From positions 74,055,424-74,119,423 of the forward strand of contig NC_057717.1 in assembly GCF_004010195.1 (NCBI RefSeq): a DNA stretch of 64,000 bases, in the 5' to 3' direction. Made by a program: the position numbers and the translations under genes. This stretch comes from Chiloscyllium plagiosum (lineage: Eukaryota). Positions 55,533 through 64,000 of this stretch are shown piece after piece (positions within the stretch are counted from its first letter, which is position 1; the number at the start of each line of letters is the position of its first letter). Below the pieces are notes generated by a model. It was not told where the DNA came from. It searched no databases and saw only the letters and a list, made by a program, of their open reading frames with translations.

Positions 55533-58071
55533 GAGATTATAACCTGCTTTAAAGTGCAACTCACCACCTATGTTCATTGACATAGTTCAGCTGAAGAATA
55601 CATAAAATATAACATGACTTTGTATCAACAAGCTCGATCAAAAGAAAACATTTGTGGATAGGAGCGTTGCAAGATGAAAGTGGTATAAGGTACCCATAAA
55701 CTTACTTGGTAGCAATTTTGATCTTCTATTTTGAATCAGAGAAGGCAAAATCAAGAGACAAAAATGCAACCTTCAGTAAAACAGGAGGAAAATATTAATG
55801 AGTGTATTAATATTTGGATACTTCAATTTGTCTCCTAAATACGGAGAGGAAGTGGAGTCATATCATAAAGGCACAAGAGCTCATAGAATACTACAGAATT
55901 TACGTTGTTAAAAAATTGAACGTTTTCTTTTCTTCTGTTGTTTCTCTACTTCTTTGAAGAAACAATATCTTCTTCATGCCTATCTGTACAACCTGTTTAA
56001 CTTAATTAGTAACTTTATGTTAATATCATTGTAATCTTGAAAGAGTATGGCTGCTTATGCAACTTTAAATGTAGACTGAAGTTATTTTCAAACATAGAGA
56101 TTTATAAGGATTGCCACAGTTCTTGAAAGTAATGAATATTTTTACCATTTTTCAAGTCTGTTTGTGTACCTGCTGGATCTGCGCATGTACAGATGAATTG
56201 GACTCGAAAGGGCTTGATATAAGTGAAGTTGAACTGTTTGTGAGCTAAAGATCAATGATAAATGTACAAAGGACCTCTACCTGACAACAGCAAAGTGATT
56301 GATTCTCATTTAGTTGAACAAGAGAGAAGCTAGCTTGCCAGATCAGCAGAGTAATAAGTAGGTTTGTGTTTATCCAAAAGCGCAATATTTCTGTTCTCTC
56401 CATTAAGCCACTTTAAAACTAAAGAAGACCAATGTTTCCTTGAATTTAAAATGTCACGGACATTTAACAAATGACGGAAATACTCTGTGCCACTTCCAAA
56501 CTGGTGGAACTGTACACGAAAATGAACTTCAAGGAGAAAATATTGAACAGCAAGAACCAGCACAGCAATGAACACAGGCATAGTGTTCTGTCTGTTTCCT
56601 CTCTGTCCATGCCATGGGTGTGGTTTTCTCGATGTTTTCGTCTGTCTGCATCTCTTTCTATGAAGGCGGTAGGTAGGGTGCTGTTAAAAGGTGTTTTGAC
56701 TTTTAAATTGTACAGTTTACTTAATTTTCGTTTACTAATTACCAGTTCCTCGATTTGAATCACCTGTGATAAATAGCGACTGTTATTAAGTACAAGAAAA
56801 TTCGGTACATTATTTTAACCTGGGTCTGAAAATCTGTTAGTCTGGGGATTTGAATATTTCTTCTAAAATATTTCTTGCAGTGATAACTACGGGACTGGGT
56901 GTTGGGGTTGTTGTTGATTTCCGGCATGCTGTCCCAGTCAGTCATGATTATGACATAAGCCACAATGTGTGGTTTGTGTCGTGTTCCCACAATACTAGCC
57001 TGGCCTCTGTCTGTCCTGGGTGTGGCATCTTCAACGGTTTTACAATAAACTCACATTACTAATCTGCATATTAGAAACATTAACAATAATTTTACTTCTC
57101 TCAGCATTGTTTTTCAGAGTTTAACTAACGTTGGTTACATCTACTGGGATATAATTTTCCATATCAATTTTGAATCACTGGAATATTACTGATTCATCAG
57201 TCTTTCTGATGACTTTTGATTAGAATTAACTAAAATGTTAACTAACCAGTGCATTACATATTTCCAGAGTTGATAATTTAATGTACCTATAGAATCCATG
57301 CAATGGTTTTAAGCCGTCATATTTATTTGAGTAGAGAAATTATTATAAAAGTTATTATATTTATGCTTCTGATCATTGTTGCATACTATTTAATAATATC
57401 TGTAACTTTATTTTAGAGTACCTTAATGTGTAACTTTTTTTTTAAAGAAAGGACGCTGTAAGCATTTTTGGTTTTATGTTGCATTTAGGTTCAATTTTAA
57501 AAAGTTGTTGTCGTTCACTATTAGCTACAATCTAACAAATGAACATTGATAAATTGAATCTCTCATGATTAACTATTTGGCTAAATAGGAAATAACAACA
57601 ATTCATCAGTTGTGCACCGTGAAATATATCCAATGTGAAAACTCCAATATTATATGTTGTTCATAAATTGATAAGGAATACGTTATAACTACGTTACAGC
57701 ATCCAGTCGAGCATTTCAACATGGCGTTCACATGTAAGTTAGTGTAATTTACCAGCTTTGAAATCAGCTATATTCCTTTATTTATCAGTTATTGATATGC
57801 AACTTTAAAATACATACTTTATTTTCAATGTGTTTTAGGATGAAGTTATAATTAAAAATAAGTGGAAACTTCATTGACTACTGCAGTTTTTTGTCATATT
57901 GTTTTTTATTTATATTTTAAAAAATCAGTGGTGCATTTCTTGAAATGCCAATTTCCATTCATTTTGAGGAATACTTTTACAGGTGAATGGCTCCATTTTG
58001 ACCGTTGAGCTGTGCACCACATAGACCATGAATTCTATATCTGTGAATTCCTTACCAAATGCAATTTTTAA
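55533..58071 (+). pseudogene. Decayed C-type lectin domain gene (three exon remnants)
   Basis: ~55533-55689: HLCSL/HSSAEE...LWIGALQDESGI|GT (phase 2). ~56157-56263: LFV/AGSAHVQMNW.../ELKINDK (phase 2 in). 57983-58071: AG|xEWLHFD...FYICEF. Motifs are in C-type lectin order, with stops and frameshifts. Confidence 0.55.
56500..57063 (-). pseudogene. Possible decayed Link-module (LYVE1/CD44-like) type I membrane protein remnant
   Basis: After an AG acceptor, the minus strand reads EFIVKPLKMPHP-GQTEARLVLWEHDTNHT(F)VAY(C)HN when two single-T deletions are restored. Then an S/T/P-rich stalk (STTTPTPSPVV) and a hydrophobic segment VFIAVLVLAVQYFLL. Confidence 0.42.
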
Positions 58072-60651
58072 AAACACTTTAACATTGGCTGCATTGCTAT
58101 GAGAAATAATACCACAACAAAGCATAACTGCATAATTTCTAAGTGAGATGTTCTGAAGTTTTTTTTTGTATTTTGATCAATGAATGCTACTACGTTTATA
58201 TACTGAAAAACAGAGTTAGTTCTTCCCATTCAATAACACTTGCTCAGATATAGCATCGTAGTTGGGGCTGATTCCGGTACTCACATATAAATAATCGAAG
58301 GGCTGAATCCCCTACACCCTATTTTGATTCCTAGATCTTGATGTCCCTATAATGGATCAAATGTAATAGCAAATTAGGAAACAAAGTCAAAAGTTACACT
58401 ATTTTTCTTAATTAAAAATGCAAGTTGAAGCTGTTTTCCTTTAATTCAAGATGTCGAAAACAAAACAATCGCTTCAAAGCTATGCCTTTGATTTCTCTTC
58501 AATTGAAATTATGTACCCGTGAACAAATACTTTCACACCTAACGTTTCTTTTAAACCACAATCAAGATGTATGTAATTCACTCTTTAATTCTGAAAGTAT
58601 TCCTACAAGTATTGTTTGTACTATCCAAAATGAAAAAGTGTGCACACATTTATAAGTACAATATGTGCTAACCTTTCTCAATTTGTTCTTTTTTTCTGTG
58701 CAGGGGTGTTCAAATAAGCAATATGTTAAGGACTTATGCCACATAGGGTGATTTACCAACTTTGCTGCTTTGAATATTGTTTTGCTTTTTAAGCAATGTT
58801 CTGTAACACAATCTGGATTTTTCATAGAATAGAAAATGAAGAAGGTTGCGATATTATTCTACCATTCGATTATGGTCTCCATCCTATTTTCCCATCGCCA
58901 CGTAACTTTAACAAACGCCTATTAGGAGCAATTTCAAGTTCACACCATGCAGGAGGAAATAAATTCTGGGGGTCACTAAGACATTGCCTCATTCCCTTTA
59001 TAAAAAATGCATTCCCCATAAACATGAAGGGACAAAGGGAAAAATGCACTAATCGTGTCTGTGTAAATTTAGAAGTCTCAGGGATGAGAGACAATTTCCT
59101 AATGATATTATTGCCAAACTCTCAGTCCATGAATGTTCTGGAGATTCGTGTTTGAATCCGTCACTGGCAAGTAGTGGAACTGACCTGAATAAATATTTAG
59201 CCAACACAATCCATTGCCACTTGTTGGATAATCCAGCTCGTTCATTGATGACGTTTTGCGAAGGGAGGTCTGCCGTACTTATCTCAGCTGGCCAGCACGT
59301 GAACACCAGACCCTTGGAAAAATGTTTGATTCTCCCCTGGGATGTAGATGCTGCCCAGACAAGTGATACCCACATCCTATAAAAACATAAAGAAACTCAT
59401 ACAATTCTCCTAATCTGAACATGAAACGTTCATATATTTTTGCAATCTAGTTCCTTTTGAAAGTAAGGGGTGCATCTATTAATCGGTGCATTTAAGCTTT
59501 ATTTGAAACAGTAAAATCCTTCTCTTTAAAATGTGGAACATTACAACTAAATGCAAATTTGAACAGTCCAGCTCATTCATTAAAACATACATACATCAAC
59601 TGAAATATTTCAATGAGCTCTCTCAAAATGAAAGCAAATATACATTGAATCAGAACTTCTTTTATTCGGTGCTCGTAGTTTTGTCGATTCAAGTTGAAAG
59701 GACAGGAACCTGTTGGAAACCATGCACTGCAAGGATGTCTGACTATTTTCTAAACATGTAGCTGAGCAGAGTTGAGCAAATCCAAGATCACTGAGCCTTA
59801 GTATGTAATTAAGGAAAAGTGTGCAAAGAGAATAGTTGTACATAAAATGATGATCAGCTCGGGTAGCATTTAGGTTTAATGCTCAACTACAGGCCAATGT
59901 TAACCATGGCGTGTAGTTAATCAAAATTAAGATTTATAATCATGGTCAACACAAAGCATCATACTATCAATGTGGCATTAAAATGGCATCACTGCCTGAA
60001 TGCGATAAATTGAGCAATATGTTTTTACAGCTGAAGTTCGAACTAACTATAATTTGTGAAAACTCAAGATTTTCATGAGACAGAAAACGTTTGTACAAAC
60101 ACTCGGGAAATTTCACGCGCTTTTGGCCAAAGTAATGTAGAGTGGTTTTTTGTAACAACCTATAAGTATAAAATGGTGTCTCCTTGTTATGCATCACCAA
60201 AAAACTAACCTGAAAGGTATGTTGTTCCTCCTGTGCTGGCATTAGCAATGTTTTCCGGATTTTTGAGTGCCTGAAAAGGTACCTGAAACTTTAACCTTCT
60301 GCATCAGAAGCCAGATGTCCACCCACTGAGTATGAGTTGATATGCTATGAATGAAGCCAAACCATCCATGAGATTAGATTCATTAGTAGAAAGAAGTTAC
60401 TAATCTTTTAACTTTTATTATACAATCTAACACAATTTTGCTCTTGCAAGTAATGGCTGCATATGTAAGAGCGAGAAAACTTCAAAATCAAAATATGACC
60501 GCATATAAGATGCACTGAAAATGCTAAAATCAGCATTATGCAACATTTTCATTTTTATGTTGGACCGGAAACCGCCTCTCAACATATTGAGAATTATATT
60601 TTTCTCTCTATCTGTTGGCCTTTGTATATACATTTGTGTGTGGACAAAGCG

Positions 60652-60666
60652 TGTAAACAGGAAACC
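60652..60666 (+). promoter_or_regulatory. Conserved forkhead+ETS-like motif TGTAAACAGGAAACC upstream of the leader exon
   Basis: Identical 15-mer at 10159-10173 in the pseudogene copy, about 170-180 nt upstream of the (former) ATG in both, while the flanks are diverged. Confidence 0.4.
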
Positions 60667-60830
60667 AAAAGCGTTCATTTGCACTGTGTTCTAGTTTCCA
60701 TGCAGCTATTTTTTAAATGCAGCAAATAATCTCCACAGCAGTGCACTTCACAAGTTGGTGTCTCCTGATCGATATTCACGAAAGCAAAGAGTTATTGTGA
60801 AACTGACAACAACAACCTCAGCATCTAAAA

Positions 60831-60873
60831 ATGAACGTTTTCACTCGATGTGCACTGTTCCATCTTTTGCCAG
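60831..60873 (+). CDS. Exon 1: signal peptide (leader) of the VJ-C1 gene
   Basis: AAAATG start, 14 codons + 1 nt (MNVFTRCALFHLLP), strong donor CAG|GTGAGA. Phase 1 matches the V exon acceptor, and a homologous decayed exon is present at 10330. Confidence 0.8.
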
Positions 60874-62217
60874 GTGAGATGTTCATATTTCCATCGTAAA
60901 ATTGCTGAGAATTTGGTCACATAGAATATCAAGTAGCAATATTTTACAATAACATTCTGTTGAAGAGCTAAATTATCAAAGATCAATCAAAATGGGAGAA
61001 ATTATCACAACCCCTGACAAATATTGGGAAAACAAGGTCTGTCGTTCTATTGACAATGGACATTGTCCATAATCGCTGCTCCAAAACAATCAAAACTGTT
61101 TATCTTAAATTTATGGCAGAGGCGTTTGTGGTCTTATCCGTTCAGTAGATTTGTCTGCTGCGTTTCTGAGATTACAAGAGTGATTATGTTTGATATGATG
61201 TTTCATTAGATACAAACTGTCATTCTGCATTTAAATTTAATCTTTCTTTCTTTCTGTCTGTCTTCATTTCCTCCTTTTCTTCTTTCTTCATTTTTCTTCT
61301 TTCTTTCTTTCCTTCTTTCTTTCCTTCTGTTTTTTTTATTCTCTTTTTGTTTGTCTCACCATGTCGTAGAATTACACAATATGGCTCTTAAACTTCAATG
61401 ATCCTTCGCTCAGTTTTAAGCCAGATATTGCTAAAGGTTTTTATTTTCTCGGTCTTTTCAACGTTGATGTTCTTTTTTTTCTCAGTTATTGTCTCTGAGA
61501 CAGTCTTCCTGCAGACCCCACCAATCCAGAGTGTTTCTGTTGGAAGTACTATTAAACTGCATTGCCACACGGGTTGGTTTGCAAGTGGAGCTGTTCTGTG
61601 GTACAAACGCCATCAGCGAGAATATCTACAACTTGTTTATATTGTGAGGAAAGACTTCCCCCAAAAGCAACGATTTTCGGGTGAAATTAACAAAGATGCA
61701 TCTATTTATTCTCTTGTGATTGAAGATGTTCAAAGGCATGACTCTGGTCAGTATTACTGCGCAGCTCGGAAATCCTATGGAACGGCTTTCATTTTTGGAA
61801 ATGGCTCGACATTGCACATCGCGGGTAAGAATTGAAACCCATTCAGATAGCACAGCATTAACCCTAAGAATAATGATCGAATATTAATTCTCACATTCCT
61901 CCCAATCTTAGCAGGTCCCTCAAATATATTGATGTTATACCCATCACGGAATGAATTTTTTCAGATGGACGTTGTCCCATTGATTTGTTTAGTTAAAAAT
62001 GTCAAATCCAAAACGCTCACCATCCATTGGAATGCTTCCACATGGAACTCTGTGGGTTCGATGGTTACTGAGGCAATAGACTCTGACGGGGCATACAGCA
62101 TCATCAGCCACATAAGAGTGCCGACGGAAGCTTGGAACCATGATCCTGTCTGCAGTTGCTCAGCTGAAATCAACTCAAAAGAAATTCTCATCTCTGAATG
62201 TGTTTCACAAAAGAAAG
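60831..62217 (+). CDS. Germline-joined VJ + C1 immunoglobulin-superfamily receptor gene (antigen-receptor-like, non-rearranging); 3' exons not found in window
   Basis: Three exons joined in phase 1 by GT-AG introns: 60831-60873, 61486-61824, 61915-62217. The spliced product is open: MNVFTRCALFHLLPVIVS-ETVFLQTPPIQSVSVGSTIKLHCHTGWFASGAVLWYKR...DSGQYYCAARKSYGTAFIFGNGSTLHIA-GPSNILMLYPSRNEFF...LICLVKN...IHWN...DGAYSIISHIRVPTEAWNHDPVCSC...SQKK(G). Confidence 0.88.
61486..61824 (+). CDS. Exon 2: V-set Ig domain with in-exon J-like G strand
   Basis: Acceptor TTTTTTTTCTCAG|TT, donor GCGG|GTAAGA. B-strand Cys (LHC), C-strand Trp (LWYK), RFSG, DSGQYYC, then FGNGSTLHI (FGxG motif). Confidence 0.92.
61915..62217 (+). 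CDS. Exon 3: C1-set Ig constant-like domain
   Basis: Acceptor CTTAGCAG|GT, donor AAAG|GTAACG. Motifs LYPSxxE, LICLV, IHW, DGAYSxxSxIxVxxxxW and xSC resemble Ig light-chain/TCR constant C1 domains. Confidence 0.85.
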
Positions 62218-62555
62218 GTAACGATTAAATGTCACTTCAATTTTTGTTGTAAGGTCGAACTATAGCTGCATTATTAGCAATACGAAATGTTATATTCCAA
62301 AAGCTGCCTTGTTTAATTATCTTACAACTTGTAACTTTCATTCACAAATACTTCTGATGTTTAGCTTTCTATATCATTGACATTTGTTTGCGCTTGACAT
62401 TCTTCTGTAGTGGAGGATATGAATTAATTTGAAATTTTGCCGACTGAGGTTGGGAAATGCAATTTTCATTTTGTGACTTTAGTCTTACTGCCTTTGAATA
62501 GTATCTGTATTTCATGGCATTTGCAAAACATTTGAAAATACTATTTAGGTCAGTA

Positions 62556-64000
62556 GAGAACAAAGAACAAAGAAAATTACAGTGCAGGAACAGTCCCTTC
62601 AGTCCTCTAGATCCTCTGTCTCAACTTGTCGCCTGTTTTCTAAGAATCTATATCCCTCTGCTCTCTGCCCAATGATTTATAGCAGCACGGGCCTGGGCTC
62701 AATTCCAGCTTTGGTGATTGCCTGCGTGGAATTTGAATATTCTCCCCGTGTCTGTATGGGTTTCCTCCAGGTGCTCTGGTTTCCTCCCACAATCCGAAGA
62801 TGTGCTGGTTAGGTGAATTAGTTATGATAAATTGTCCATAATGTTCAGTGATGTGTAAATTGGGGAAATTGGTCAGGGGCAAATATAAGGTAGGGAATGG
62901 GCCTGGTGGGTTACTCTTTGGAGCGTTAGTGTGCACTTGTGGTCCTGAAAGGACTGTTTCCACACTGTACTGATTCTGACATATTTTAAATGACTCGAAT
63001 ATGCCTGCCTCTACCACCTCCGCTGGAAATACGTTGTCTCCATCACCCTCTGCATAAACAACTTCCTATGCATTACTCCCTGAAACATTTCTCCTCTCAC
63101 CTTGAACTCGTGATCCCCATTACTTTTGACCATACTTTTAGAAGAAGCGTCTTGCTATCCACCCTGTCTACACCTCTCAAGATTTTGTAGACCTCAATCA
63201 AGCCACCTTCAACCTCCTTATTTCTAGTGAAAGAAATCCTGATCTTCTCTTCGCAACCAGTGCCCTCCATACCAGGCAACATGCTTGAAACTCCTCTGCA
63301 CCCTCCCCAAAGCATCCACATCCTTTTGACAATGTGGTGAACAGAATTTATGCAGTATTCCAAATGTGGCCGAACTAAGTCTTATACAACTGTAACATGA
63401 GCTGCCAACTCTTGTATTCAATACACCGATTGATGAAGAAAAGCATGCCTATTGCCTTCTTGACCACTATTACGACTTGCATTGCCACCTTCAGGATACA
63501 ATGGACCTGAACACCCAAATCTATCTGTGCATCAATTTTTCCCAGTACCTTTCCATTTAACATGTAGTTCGCTCTTGAATTTGACTTTCCAAAATGCATC
63601 ACTTCGTATTTGCCCAAAGTGAACACCATCTGCCATTTCTCTGCCAAACTCTCCACTCTATCTCTATTCTGCTGTATCTCTGACAGTCGCCTTCACTATG
63701 TACTACTTCACCAACTTTAATGTCATCTGCTCACTTGCTAATGAGAACACCTATACCTTCCTCCAGATCACTTTTGTATATCACAAACAACAGTGATCCC
63801 AGGATAGATCACTGTGGAAAAGCATTGGTCACAGTTCTCCATTTTGAGAAACTCCTTTCCACTAATACTCTCTGTCTCCTGTTGCCCATCGAGCTAGTAC
63901 ACCCTGGACCCCATGCGACTTCACTTTCTTCATCAGCCTACCATGGGAAACCTGAACAAATACCTTACTTCACTTCATGTATAGGACATCCAAAGGCCTT
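62556..64000 (-). mobile_element. CR1 LINE RT/3' portion in the intron after the C1 exon (with nested HE1 SINE)
   Basis: AEKWQMVFTLGKYEVMHFG; LIEVYKILRGVDRVD; (GAACAAA)n tail at ~62558. Confidence 0.85.
62680..62975 (+). mobile_element. HE1-type SINE nested in CR1
   Basis: TTCTCCCCGTGTCTGTATGGGTTTCCTCCAGGTGCTCTGGTTTCCTCCCACAATCC core. Confidence 0.75.

Noticed and set aside
56475-56510. FGSGT J-segment-like motif on the minus strand
   Set aside because: No convincing upstream RSS, no LxV ending and no proper donor; likely chance.
60031-60216. AG/GT-bounded stretch with faint lectin-like FHE..C pattern
   Set aside because: Contains stops, lacks WIG, and the homologous region at ~9500-9700 keeps no reading frame; treated as upstream non-coding DNA.
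61398-61485. In-frame ATG giving a hydrophobic N-terminus (MILRSVLSQILLKVFIFSVFSTLMFFFFS) in the ORF track
   Set aside because: It reads through the polypyrimidine tract and acceptor of the V exon and is not conserved in the paralogue. The spliced leader at 60831 is conserved and phase-matched.
61760-61830. Rearranging V segment or recombination signal sequences
   Set aside because: No CACAGTG-spacer-ACAAAAACC seen after the YYC; V runs directly into the J motif and splice donor in both copies.

Overview
Eukaryotic, repeat-dense genomic DNA, almost certainly from a cartilaginous fish (shark). This is inferred from HE1-type tRNA SINEs, SacSINE1/DeuSINE-like SINEs, many decayed CR1 LINEs, Penelope-like elements and Gmr1-like (integrase-before-RT) LTR fragments. 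Most of the window is transposon debris, and there is one 221-N assembly gap. The only apparently intact host gene is at the right end (+ strand): leader exon 60831-60873, a V-set Ig exon with a germline-encoded J motif (61486-61824; YYC...FGNGSTLHI, no RSS seen), a 90-nt intron, and a C1-set Ig exon (61915-62217). All junctions are phase 1, and further exons presumably lie beyond the window. This is a non-rearranging antigen-receptor-like VJ-C1 gene. A dead paralogue with the same architecture lies about 50 kb upstream (10330-11623, putative TM exon at 13266), inside a duplicated block of at least 3.5 kb. Between the two copies I see a decayed three-exon C-type lectin remnant with a probable LYVE1/CD44-like Link-domain remnant on the opposite strand of its intron, an old ~115-bp tandem repeat array split by nested transposons, and Penelope termini carrying minimal hammerhead-ribozyme motifs. 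Transposon boundaries are approximate and were judged by eye; no database searches were run.
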